Below, in pieces: positions 40,973 through 53,510 of a DNA stretch of 64,000 bases (its first letter is position 1; each line of letters opens with the position of its first letter). The position numbers and the translations under genes were made by a program. Below the pieces are notes generated by a model. It did no database searches. It was not told the DNA's origin and saw only the letters and a program-made list of their open reading frames with translations. The stretch lies in the NCBI GenBank assembly GCA_028534125.1, contig CM052818.1, positions 21,702,001 through 21,766,000 on the forward strand, given 5' to 3'. The stretch comes from Lama glama. Its lineage: Eukaryota.

Positions 40973-43213
40973 TGTTTGATTCTAAGAGGTTTTTTTAAAA
41001 AAACATTTTTAGCATCAAATAAGGAATTAATTTCCCTAAAAAAAAACTTGCTCCAATTTTGCCCCTTAAAGTAACTACCAAATTTTAAGTATTAATAAGT
41101 AGATAAGAATAGTTATATTTAACTACTAAATAGAGGCTGCAAATGCAGTTTCACCATATCTGGGAGTCGTTGCTGTGTGCACAGTTTTCCACTGCATCTT
41201 GGCCGAATTTGACTCCACTTTAGGAACCCCCCAAAAATGTTCATGTCTAAGTTAATGGATATTTAGCTTGCCCAAATAAAGTCTCTTGATGCTGTACTGT
41301 ATTATAGAAAAGCAGCCACCATGGCCATGGACTCTGAGAACTGGTGAATTGGGGCTTTTCTGTTCTCTTGTAAAATAATGTGTAGGTTGGTGTAACTTCA
41401 GCAGGTATCTATTTCTTGCATAGCTAACTATGAACAGAAAATTACAAAAAGAATGCAAAAGCAAAATGCAGCCAACAGTGAATGTTAAAGATTGTACTTT
41501 TTTTAACCATAAAAGTGACATATGTTCATTTAATAGCAGCTACATAAAACATATAATCTAATACTGCTTTTTTTCCTTTAACATTTCAAGCATCTTCTGT
41601 TACTATATGAAATGTCCTGTTAATGGCAGAATAATACTCTATTGAATGGTTATACCATACTTAACCATTCCCTTTCATTTTGACATTTGAGTTTCTAATA
41701 TGCTTCCCTCATATTTGGATTATTTACTTAGGATATAAATATCAGAAAGACAAACCCTATGTCAAAGAGTATGGATACTTGACACACAATGCCAAATTTG
41801 TCTTCCTAAAAGCTGTTGCCAAATAAGTGAGATTCATTTCATTGTACTCCGGCCAGCCGTGTTGACTTCAGTGGTAGTAGTGGTTGTTGGGGGGCAGGTG
41901 TCTGATGTGTGGTGTTTAATGACTATCTTAGTAAATGTCTGAAAAAATACTCTGTGTTTATCAGGTACAAAGGTATTTATGGTAAATGTGTATGGTATGT
42001 GACTTGTCATACTATTAACATTTTCTGTAGTCTTTAGATAATGCATGAAAAAGCATAGTTCAGTGCCACTCACAGAAGAAGTGCAAGTAAGTGTTAACTA
42101 TTATTTTTGTCTACTTGGTTTACCACTTTCTAGAAGTATGTTGAAGTGTCTCTCTGTCATTGTGGATTTATCTGTTTCTCTATGGATTTCTCAGAGTACT
42201 TGTTTTATATAATTTGAACCTATTGTTAGATGCACAGATTTATGATTTGTAGTGGAGTGTTCTTCTATCAATTTTTCAAAATTGCCTTTGTCTCATAATG
42301 CTTTTCATATTGAATTCTATTTTGTCTGTTATTAAATATTTCCACACCTGCTTTTTGTAACTTATTTTTTTAAATAGAAAATGCATGCATAGAATATAAA
42401 ATTCAGTTATAAGAAGAATAGATAAATAAAATAGTTTTCTTCAGCACCATCCCCTAGCTTCCCATTTTCTCTCCCAGGGGTGTTTATAAAATCTTTCATT
42501 TTATAAATTATATGAAATGATACATTCTGTGCCTATACAAACATATGTAGACACATTTTCTTTCTTTACACAAATAGTGGCATGTTACCATTCTGTATTC
42601 TGTTTTTTTGAATTATTTAGTACATGTTAGAGATGGTCTCATATCAATGCACAGAGAATTCTATCCTTTTTAAAAGCTGCATGCTTGTCCACTGTATAAA
42701 TTAACCATAATTGATTCTACTAGTTTTCTATTGATAAAATATATAAATCATTTCCACATTCTTCTGCTATTAAAAACAATGCTGCAGTAGAGATCCTTGA
42801 ACATTTATCTTTTTCCTCATGTACAAGTATTCCTGGATACAAGATATCTGGGAATGAAATTATTAGATTAAGAGGTATATGCATTTTTTTTGCTTGTTTT
42901 GAAAGCTATAGTCAGGTGGCAAGGTTTCTTTTTGTCAGATTTTGTTATTGTTACCTAATCCAAGAGTTTTCTCTTTTAATAGGTGAATTTAATCTATTTA
43001 TATTTGTAATTACCATATGCTTAGATATAATCCTATAGCCTTATTTGCTCTTTTTACTATCCTTTTTAGCTTTTTATTGGATCAGTTGGTTTTATTTTAG
43101 TAATTATTTTCCTTCTAATATCCTTGGAAAATTATGCATTTATATGTGTTCCTCTAATAGTTAACTTCAAAACTGTAATAACCATTTTAAAATATTTTTC
43201 TCAACATACAGAG

Positions 43214-43388
43214 CAATGTTATCCAGTAGAACTTCCTGCAGGGCTGCTGAAAGTTCTGTATCTGTGCTGTACAATATGGTAGTCACTGGCTGCGGAGCAC
43301 TTGAAATGTTGCTAATGAGACAGAAACTGAACTTTTAATTCTGGTTAATTTTAGTAGTCACAATGGTTAGTGACTACTGGACAGCTCA
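43214..43388. mobile_element. MER3-like hAT-Charlie MITE
   Basis: tccagtagaacttcctgc...tgtgctgtacaatatggtagtcactggc...gagcacttgaaatgt...tactggacagc. Confidence 0.75.
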
Positions 43389-45771
43389 AGTCTAGAGTGA
43401 GTTACTCTGTGTCCATCACTTGTAAAGAAAAGTGCTTTAGCCTTTGCACATGTGCCTCCCCCCCGCCCCGTACACACACACAGCCTCCCTGCCACCACTT
43501 CCCATATAGAAATAAATCATTACAATTTGTACTCCAGAAAAATCAAATCAAAAATTATTCATTCTTAAATTTTGTTGGTTCCTTTTGTCACTGTGTTTTA
43601 TGTATCATGTCTTCCTTTTAGATTCCTTTTTGGTTTTGTTGGAATCTCTTTCAGAAACTGGCTACACATGGTAAAATTTGGGTCCATTTCTGTTTTGCTC
43701 TTGAATGCTAGTTTGAACGGATATAGGAATCCAGGTTTAGAATCAAGTATCCAATACAACTTTGATGGGGAAGTTCTAACGTTTTCTAGTATCCATTTGG
43801 GAAGCCTGATGCCAGTCCAATTTTCAGTCCTTTTCTCGGCAGTCTGTTTTTGACTCTGGTTTCTTTCTGCATGTTTTTAAGGGTTTTCTCTTTATTCTTG
43901 CCATTCTAAAAGAAGATGAAGTCTTCCATTATCTCTGGGTTGCTTTCTTTATTTCCTTGATTATATGTTTTCCCCCAGTCTCTGGTCTCTTCTAGAACTT
44001 ATAGGTTTATCCTCCACATACGATAAATTTTCTCTTTATGCTGTTAACTACTTTGCTTTTTTACAGTACACTCTGAAATAAATCCTTGCATCAGTTTTCC
44101 AGCACACTAATTAGAACCTATGTCTAGTTCATTTATTTTGAAAATTTCTAAGATACTTAATCACTTCCTTTAAAAGAGAGTCAAGGGGCCACATAAAACA
44201 ACAGTCTGTCAGGGAGGAGGCAGTTTTACTAATAGTGAAGTCTTACGTTTGTTATATTTGCTTTGCTTTCTTACAGTGTTTTGTTAGGAATGGTCTCGCT
44301 CTCTCCTGGTCTTAATTTTTCTCAAATGTAGTGTGATTCATTTTGCATTTGGTACTCCTTGTTTATCTGTCTTTGGCTGCCTGCCTCTAGTAACTGTGAG
44401 AAGCCAAGTTGGAGGTAGGTTTGGTTTGTCTTTGGGGTGTAGGATTCTTTTCTTAATGGTGATAAGCTACCTAGGGTCCTGCCCTCCTCTTCTGGCCTCT
44501 GAACTGAGAAGTACAAGCTCTTGTTCTGAGAGCTTGAGTTAAGTTTTCTCCTTTTCTTTCTTCTGCTGTGCTTGTAGAATTTTAACACCGTTTCGAGCTT
44601 TTCTCTCCTCATTTAGCACAAGCATGATCACCAAACAGGCCCTAGGTTTTCCCCTCGGGCAGGTGCTGCGGCAGCCAGTCGCGGCAGCTGAAGGACATTC
44701 CTGCGGGGCTCTCATCTGTGCTGTTAGTGCTATTTTCTCCTGTGTGCTGCAGACTGCTTTCTAGGCAACCTTATTTTTCTGTCTTCTGGAAATTACTTAA
44801 ATTCTTACCTGATTCTAGGCTGTTACAGGTGTATTTTATTAAAATAGCATTGCTGAGACTTTTGATGATTTGATTTAGCATCCCTCCAAGAATTACTGTG
44901 GGTCTTTCTAAAGACTTGACTAATCTGACAGAAAAATTTTTTTTTTATTTTAGTTTGCATTTGCATTTTTCCGTCTTTGCTGGTGTACATTTTTATGTAG
45001 GATTTCTTACCTATTGGATTCAAATTGGCCTATGGGAATATTTTGGACATTTGGACATAAATGAAAATCAGTAAGTGCACTTAATCCAAAACACAGTTTT
45101 TGTGTTTCAAGGAACTACAAATATATAAAACAAAGCTATCCCTGGGGTGCCTGAAGTAGGGAGTTGTGGGAACAGGAGGGTTAGCTTGAATTTCTGTATC
45201 AGAATAATCTGCGGAGCATCTAGTAGATGGGGCTAAAACTTTTAAGTATCCTCATGTAATGCCAATAGTTTATCTTCCCCTTAAGTAGTTTAGATTGTGT
45301 TTTCCACACCTGAAACTCACTTGAATCCATTTCACATTTTTCTGGTGTAAGGAAATGTATTTAACACTTTGGTGGAATTAGTGTGTTCCTGTTTAGGAAA
45401 TTTGTTAAGCCGAATTCGGCAAACCTGATCACCATGAGAACAGAAAATACTATAAGCAAAAGCTGAACGGTGCACTTTTCCAGAACAGCTACTTTTGGGG
45501 ATTATTCATGTCATCAGTAGGTAAGCAGCCTTGCTCTCAAGTCCACATTACCTTAGATTGATTGATTATACCAGCTCTTCCGTACTTGTTTGTATTTTCA
45601 CAAAAACATGACTTGCAAACTCCTTAAAAATGAAAACTGCAAGAGACATCTATGTGACTGATTTAAAGAGCATAAGTTAAGGTTTTAGGCAACTCAGGGT
45701 GAGTATATATTGTCAGCAGCGGAAGCTCATTTCTGTTCCTGTAGCAGCACGAAATGTTCATTGATACTTAC

Positions 45772-45888
45772 GTCTACATTCACGGTATGGTAGTCTGAAC
45801 TGGTGGGTAACCAGGTGTGACTACCTTCAGAAAAACCAGCATTTGAGCTGTTGTCCCACTGCATTGGTGACTTTGAGAGAAGCGTATC
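45772..45888 (-). CDS. SLC3A1: SLC3A1 exon 9
   Basis: cacag|[45 protein letters not shown]|gtaagt; 117 nt. Confidence 0.96.
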
Positions 45889-45943
45889 CTGTGTCAAAAG
45901 GCCATAAAGAAAAAACAGTGATCTGGTTATTAAAAGAAATGTA

Positions 45944-46075
45944 GGGGAGTAGGGTATAGCTCAGTGGTAGAGTACCTGCCTAGCATGCAGGAGGTTCTGG
46001 ATTCAATCCCCAATACCTCCATTTAAAAAAAAAAAAAAGCACCTAATTACCTCCCCACACCAAAAAAAAGAAAAG
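45944..46075 (+). mobile_element. tRNA-derived SINE (Vic-1-like) next to the SLC3A1 exon 9 acceptor
   Basis: SINE body and tails; perfect 12-nt TSD aaaagaaatgta at 45932-45943 and 46076-46087. Confidence 0.93.
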
Positions 46076-46991
46076 AAAAGAAATGTAATTTGGCCGTGAC
46101 TGACTGCATAATTATTTAATTTCCTGTATTTCTCAGCTAGTACTCATTCATAATGCAAAGGCCTTAACACTCAGTACATAAACCAGTTTTACACTTTCAA
46201 TAGGAAAATAGTTCATGACATCTTGAGTGTGAATAAGCTGTACTAACTAAACATTGATACATGCTTGGAATCTTTCCTGCTTTTCCCTAAAAATGAGTAA
46301 CATAGGATTTCAAAATGTGCCACTTAAAAACTCATCATACTGTGATAGTGGTGATGGTGAATTCAAGGATGCAGGCATGTATACTGAGTCTAGATTCTGT
46401 CCTCTTACCCAGACTGGTTATTGCATGAGTGCTCACACAAATTCAGGAGCTATAGAAAAGGTTTCACTTCGGCCGAATATTAAGGAAATTGGATCTCATA
46501 CAATTGAAAGCTAACCATACAAACTACAGGTTTAAGATCTCATTCTTCTGCCCAGGAGCACAGTTGGTGATCTGTAGCTTCAAACAAAAAATTTAAACCT
46601 CTCAGGCCTAACCCTGTACATTACATTTGTTAAATAAAAGGAAGAATTTTGTGCTGTGGTCAGACAAGATCTAGCAATACAGACAAGCACTACAAGAAAT
46701 GTTCCTAACTCTGTGTTCCAGGTAGACAGGAATGAATAAAACATGGCTTTTCAAATTTTAGTGTACCTAAGAATTAGTTGGAAAACGTGTTTAAAATGCA
46801 GTTGTGTGGCTCAGGAAACTGCATTTTTAACAAGCTCCCCAATCAAAAAAGCTGGAAATTCTCAATATCAAACAGTAATAAATAAAAGCTAGCACTCATG
46901 ATTTTCAGCAGTAGACTAGAAATAGTAAATTCTCTGATTTCGCAAAAAATGAGGATTTGATATGGTGTGTGGTTAAGTTATATTAACTTAC

Positions 46992-47159
46992 AGCATCGTA
47001 GGTTTCATTGAGATTTGTGGCTAAAATATTTCTCATTCCTATTTCTTCTCCGTAGTAAGTTATGGGAGTTCCAGGCAGAGTGAAAATGAGCATGTTCATG
47101 ATGTTGACGTATTTCTCTCCCAGACGAGAAGTCAGCCGGGCATTGTCTGGTCCACCAGT
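46992..47159 (-). CDS. SLC3A1: SLC3A1 exon 8
   Basis: tttcag|[62 protein letters not shown]|gtaagt; 168 nt. Confidence 0.97.
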
Positions 47160-47545
47160 CTGAAAGGCAGGTCCTTTTTTTAAAAACATAACTCTATACA
47201 TAGTTTTCTGGAAGGTTTGCCCCATTTCACAAGAAGTTCACCAGGCAGAGAAACATGGTTAGCCATGGGTACCTTGGACTCAGCAAGCCTGAACTTCAGT
47301 CCTAACCATGCTCTTTGCTTTATAATTGACCAATTGACTGTCTTGGCTATTATACTGAAGCAAATGGTGGTAACAGTTTACTTCACAATGACATTGCAAA
47401 TAGGACGAAATTTATGAGGGTGCATATTAATATTTTCACACATTTGGATAAAGACTCTTGACAGGAAAGAAAGCAAAAGTGTTTCACCCAAGAAGGAAAC
47501 AGGTAGAGGGGAAGGGGTGGGAGAAATACTTCTAATGTGTCCCTT

Positions 47546-47567
47546 TGTGTGTGTGTGTGTGTGTGTG
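47546..47567. repeat. (TG)n microsatellite
   Basis: tgtgtgtgtgtgtgtgtgtgtg run. Confidence 0.9.
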
Positions 47568-48287
47568 ACTTTTCAAAACAAATTTTAAGTTAAAAGATAA
47601 ATCACTTGTAAAAATACATTTAGAGTCCAAGAAGAAATTTTGTAAAGGGTTTTCTATTTTTAAGTACAGTTCTCTGTTAAATGTTCTAATTATGTATTTT
47701 GACATCTAGTCCTTAGTTAAGAGTTTATTTAAATCCCCTGACAGACCTTCCCATGTTCCCCAGCTGTTTAACGGACTGGCACACCCATGGTTTAGTCTGC
47801 TTACCCCTCCACTGCAGAGCTGCCAGGTGTTACCTCCGTTTTACAAATGACGAAACAAGCGCAGTTTATTCAGGTCAAGGTTATGAGGCAGAACTAGCCT
47901 TTGAACTTGAGTCTGAGAATAGGAACTCGGTTGTTAGAATTCAGGGAAAGGGAGGTTGTTTTTATTTTCCCTTAAATCTACTAAAAATATCTTTACAATT
48001 ATCTTTTTACAGACCATTGCAAAGTATTTTTCTATTTTCATGGCCAGAAAATTAGGTCAAACTTTGCCACTGTTTAGTATTTTCATTATCTCAAAAGCAT
48101 CTGACAAGAAACCCTTCTGGACCTAGAGCACTTTGCTCTTTCAGAACTGAAATCAAGATCACCAGTGGACAGAGATCAGGGCCCTTCATAGTCTTGAGAG
48201 AGGTCCAGTCACCTGTGACACGTTCAGTGTATTAAATATATGGGGGGAAAAGTGCTTAAAAGTATATTATAAAGTTTGTGATATAGG

Positions 48288-49620
48288 GGTTACTTCCGGA
48301 ATGGGTGGAGTAAGCACCTCCAAAAGTGTCTTCCACAAAAGCAAGGAGAACACTGGCAAAAACCAAAAATCCACTTTAAAACTCTGGGAATTGAAGGTTT
48401 ACAACCATCCAGGAGTAGTTAAGAAAAAACAGCTGCATCTTGTAAGGACAGCAAGCTTTGTGTCATTTTAAGTGGCCCTAATCTTACGCTTCTCCCCCTC
48501 AGATCCTTTTACAGTAGGTGTAAAAACCAGCAGCCTAGAAGCCACTGGAGGACGAACAGGTTTAGAGTTCACCAAGCGCTCCATCTCTAGAGAACTGTCA
48601 CATTTGACCTCTCTAGCAGCTTACTTTGGGTTGGATTTTTCTATCTGATCTGACTCAGAGCTGACTGAGTAGCTAGTCCTGTCCCCAAGGCATTTGCCAA
48701 AAATCAGCAGTAATTGATTATCATCACACCTGCCTAAAGTGGGATTACCAACGGGCTGAACAGATTGACCAAGAAGTTTACAAGCTAGGGAATGAGATGA
48801 CCTTAAAGGACTTTGAAAGACTCATACATCCCTGGAATTTAGAAGCCTACACACACATGCAGGGCTGTGCAGGTGCCCAGAAAAGGCTCTGCCCTCTCAC
48901 CTCTGGCTAACCCTGAAGCTCTGTGCAAGCAGAAAGTGAAGGCTCAGAGTCGTACGCTGCCTGCCAGAGTGCTGAAAGCATGCCCCCTACACACAGCCCC
49001 TCAGCAAAGGCTGGAACACCTAACTGGTTCAAGGCATTTAAGGAATCTTTCTAGCCATTATGCTGACCAAGCAGAAACATCAGTGGCCACACACAACAAA
49101 TAACACAGATTTAATAGAATTAATCCAAGAAAGTCACTAAAGAGACAAGCAGAAACAACCACCACTGGAGAGGGGAGAATGTGATTTCCAAAATGTCTAC
49201 ACTTACTATTTTAAAGCACCCAGTGTTAAACAAAAAAGAATACAAGACATTCAAAGAAACGGGAAAGTATGGCCCATGCAGAGGGGGAGAGCAAGGGAAC
49301 GGAAGCCCAAACACTGGACTGAGTGGACGACTTTAAGTCAGCTGTACACGTGTGTTCACAAACCTAAACGAAATCTACAGAATTCTTTAAAAAATATGAG
49401 AATAACCAACATCTTATCTAGTAGATACTATCTATAAAGAGAAATTATAAAAGCCAAATAGAAATTTCAGAGTTGAAAACTACAAAAACTAAAATGAAAA
49501 AGTCACGAGAGGGGCCTAACAGATGTGAACTGGTGAGGAAGTGGCCAATAAGGCAGATGAGTTGAGATTATCTTCTGAGAACCAGAAGGAAAAGAATGAC
49601 AGGAACTGGTCAGGAGCTGG
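48288..49620 (+). mobile_element. Old L1 5' region (5' UTR into ORF1 coiled-coil), decayed
   Basis: Begins gggttacttccggaatggg...; ends with ORF1-type text (ccaaatagaaatttcagagttgaaaactacaa...aaatgaaaaagtcac...gaaggaaaagaatga). Confidence 0.65.
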
Positions 49621-49737
49621 GACGGCTCAACACACAATCACAGAATAAGGGAAGAGTGAAGGTCACTTACGGACAGGTGTACCCCTTGTTTCAGAGGTGA
49701 CTTTTTCCGCAAGCATAAGCTGGGCATAAGGACTTAC

Positions 49738-49933
49738 CATCCAGTTAGGCCACTTTCCTTCTGGCATGTTTTCCATCCAGGATGTGATAACCTCAAACAC
49801 TCTGTTCCCAGAAGGGGTGTCTAGCTTACTGAGGTAACTGTTCAAGGGAAAGTTGGCTTCCTGGATAAAAGGCAACCCGTAGTACATCATGGTCTTGGCA
49901 ATGCTCTCTCCATGGGCTTCCGTCCCCAGGAAC
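49738..49933 (-). CDS. SLC3A1: SLC3A1 exon 7
   Basis: ttacag|[39 protein letters not shown]...[13 protein letters not shown]|gtaagt; 196 nt. Confidence 0.96.
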
Positions 49934-50811
49934 CTGTAAGAATCGGCAGGTGTAGCACCTTCAGGGTCTGTCAGGAGACTGGGAGAGCGCTCTGCAGCTG
50001 CTCACATCCAACAGACAGGATGTCGGGGGTAAGTGCACACTATGACCGTATCAGGCTAGGGCTCACTGGGCGTGCACTCAAGCCGGATGACCAAGAAATG
50101 GCACGCTGGGTCACTTGGCAATTTCTCATCATAATAAACCCAAACACTAGCCTAATACCAGGCACTGCTGTCTAAAAGTTAAGAAACACATTTATTTGGA
50201 TCTCAGTCAATACTGTCCTTTTCTTTCTAAAACTGATTGAAACTCTTTAACTTCCAGGAAGACATTCTTTAGCAATTCTCATCACTCCATCTAGACCGTA
50301 CAGTATATGTCTGTATATAAGGTAAGGGGGGAGGTTCCCCAAAAACTTCCCCTTGTAGTGAAATCCCTGTAAAGTCTCATTTTATTACTGGAGTGTACTC
50401 TCGATTGTTGAAAACAACTCTTTGAGGAAGACACATTCGCCTGAAATGACCCACATCAATGCTAGCTTTAGCTGTTTGAGGTGTTATGTTAATGGATAAG
50501 TACATAGTATCTGGAGCTCAGGTGTTTCAGTTCCATCCTGTCTCTGCCATTATTATCTGACCATTACCTACATGGTCAAAGTGTCAGTTTTCTCGTCTGT
50601 AAAATGGGCACAATGATACAAGGACCCACTTTAAGGAGAAGAAATTTCTTTAAATCCTTTTCTGTTGATTCTATTGGGTGATCTATATAAACATGGTAAG
50701 AATTAAGTTGACTGAGTGTTTATTATGTGCCAGGCACTTCTTTAAGTGCTTCACAGACATTATCTCATGTAATCTCACGATAGTCTTATAGGGGTAGCCC
50801 TATCACCTTTT

Positions 50812-50939
50812 CTTAACATTTTTCTTGGGGTAGGGGAGGTACTTAGGTTTATTTATTTTTTAAGTGGAACTACGGGGAATTAAACCCAGGACCTCGTGAG
50901 TGCTAAGCACACACTTTACCACTGAACTATACCCTCCCC
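50812..50939 (-). mobile_element. tRNA-derived SINE (Vic-1-like) inserted in a MIR
   Basis: Reverse-complement SINE body; TSD atcacctttt on both sides; MIR-like sequence continues on both flanks (~50700-51030). Confidence 0.9.
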
Positions 50940-51423
50940 TCATCACCTTTTAATTTATGAGAAAGCTGAGACTTAGGTTAACTAACCAGTCCAAGGTCAC
51001 AGGAATCCACCTTAAGCTCATCTGATACCAAAGATGCTCCTCACCATCATGATGTACTGACAGTTTAGTTGGAACATTTGGATTCATACTATACAAAGAC
51101 ACTAACAGGTCAAATAATGATAAAAATAATAGCTAATGGCTAACATTTAAATAATGTATTAATTAATCTTTTAATTAATTTTCAAAAAATTCCTGTGAAT
51201 AAGTACTGTAATTAGCATCATTTTATAAAAGAGGAAACTGAAAATCAGGAAAATTAAGCAACATGAGATTATCCCAAGCCTGGCATAACTGAGTTACCAT
51301 ACATTATAATTACGCCAGTTTGTTAAATTATAATTTGAACCTCTTGAGAATGCCTGCTTATGAGGAATAAACTGCAGATCACACGCTGCGCCTGTCAAGA
51401 ATAGAAGTGTGACCTGTGGTTAC

Positions 51424-51548
51424 CTGTATCTCCCAGGCTCCCTGCTATACTGGTCCATTGTCTGCCGAAAGCTGCGGATAAGGTCGTGCATCCCCACTTG
51501 TGTGGTGGTGAAGTCATGGTACAGCTCTGAGTAGTGTGTGACCATGTC
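51424..51548 (-). CDS. SLC3A1: SLC3A1 exon 6
   Basis: tcacag|[44 protein letters not shown](R); AG|gtaacc; 125 nt. Confidence 0.96.
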
Positions 51549-52696
51549 CTGTGAAAATAGGACAGCCCGGTTACCATCATGTCACATGTCAAATGCCCAA
51601 CAACCAGCCTTATGTGAGTATGGACTGTCTCTTCAAAGGGCCAAAGGCTTCAAGCTGAAACACACGTGCTCAAAGATGGTCCAAGGACTTTCACTGCCTA
51701 AGGGATTTTGTGGATGGAGAAGAACATTCAGAACTATTAGCATTTCATTTGTTGCTTAAATTACTAACTATAAATCTAGTAAACAAGTTAAATTTTATCA
51801 AACATCTAAACATTGATTACAGGTGTCTTTAATAAAATCCTCCCCTTACACATTTTATTGTCCCAAATGCTCCAAGAATTTCTAAAGGCAAACAAAATAA
51901 ATAATGTTAATGATTATAGAGTGCATTATTACACTTGTACTTGATCGGCTCACAGATTATTAACATCATGCATTTAAATTTGATTCTTTACCACTTATAT
52001 CCTTTATTCTTAACTGTTATACTTTCCCGGGTTTCAGTAATTTTTCTTCTAGAATCCAAAATAAAAGATTATGTCTAATACAAGCTCAGGCTGTAAGTCC
52101 TGGGTTAGGACATGGACAGACTAGGCAGTCCATGTGTTGCCATCCATTCAGGGGAACCCCTTTTTTTATAAGTGATTTTCCCTTGCTAGATCAAGTGAAG
52201 TTTTTTGAAATCTTAGATGTCGTTGTGAAATTACATGCTCTTTATGTTTTTCTTAGGTAGCACACAAAACCCATTCTTCTGATCATTTGCCATGACTGGA
52301 AACGTATGTCTATCTCATGATATCTCATTATAATTAGTAAGGTTATTTTGAGACTTCTCCAAGGATCAATGCTTCTCTTGGGCACAACTGGCTAATACAT
52401 GACCTTTTTCCCCCTTCATTTTTCCTTTCTACTGAAGTCGTGTGCAAAGAAAAAAAATGGCTTAATCATAAGCTTTGGTTCATAACATGGCCTCACAATT
52501 AGCCTATGCATGGCCAGCCTCCCTTTATTACTCAGAAAAAACTATCAAGTTGATAATAAACTTGATAACCATGTGAATTTCATTTTACTTACTTTCTAGA
52601 AAGGGCATCAGGCTATATATAATAATTTTAGATTTTTTTGCTATAAATTACATCACTAAGATTGACCAATATAGCTGTGTGTCACTATAACTCATT

Positions 52697-52830
52697 ATTG
52701 TTTTTTTAAATTTTGGGTGGGACGGAATTAGGTTATTTATTTATTTATTTTACTGGAGGTACTGGGGATTGAACCCAGGGCCTTGTGCAAATTAAGCATG
52801 CACTCTACCACTGAGCTATACCCTCCCCCC
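52697..52830 (-). mobile_element. tRNA-derived SINE (Vic-1-like)
   Basis: ggaggtactggggattgaacccagggccttgtgc...taagcatgcactctaccactgagctataccctcccc; TSD-like aa(c/t)tcatt. Confidence 0.92.
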
Positions 52831-53390
52831 AATTCATTTATTTTGACACTCCATGGCATAAATATACAAATCCTTTATTTCAGGATATATTTGAGGACTA
52901 CTGTCTACTTGGCCACTGAAAACAGAGCCACTGTAGAATAGTGGTCAGCAAGAGGGATGGGGGTGGCATGTGCTTACTACCTGTCACTGGGGAAGGCTGA
53001 GTACCCTGGATGTGGAAGCACAAAGAGCCTGGATTCTGCCAGCAGAAGAGATCGGCCCTTGGCGGAGTCCACACTGTCCATGCCCCTCAGAACCCTTGTC
53101 ACCGAAGAACTCCTCAAGGGATCTCTCCAGAGGAAACCAGTGGAAGGAAGCATGCATTTGAAACTCCTCTGTATTTCCTAGAGAAAATGATGCAAAGCTC
53201 TTCTCATAGGCAGGACAGAACTCACCTCTGGTAAGAGGTGTCTCAGGCCAAAAAGGAAAACATGCGACATTTTTGGAAGAGAAAAAGTATATATAATATA
53301 TATATATATAATATATGTAAACATATGTTTAAGTATACTTTTAAAAAACGTGTGTGTGTGTATATATATATGTTTAAAACAAAACTTTAC

Positions 53391-53510
53391 CGGAATTTGG
53401 GTCTTATTCACTTGGGCCTCGTCTCTCAGATGTTTTGCTTCTAGAAGAAATTGAACAGCATCGAAACTAAAGCCATCCACACCCTTTGAGAGCCAGAACT
53501 GTATAATTTC
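53391..53510 (-). CDS. SLC3A1: SLC3A1 exon 5
   Basis: tttag|[46 protein letters not shown]|gtaaag; 120 nt. Confidence 0.96.

Noticed and set aside
47140..53480. SLC3A1 exons as an active GH13 alpha-glucosidase
   Set aside because: The acidic residues are present (FDAV, GTEA, GGPD) but the canonical Arg/His context is missing. rBAT is an established glycosidase-fold transporter subunit, so this is not a novelty.
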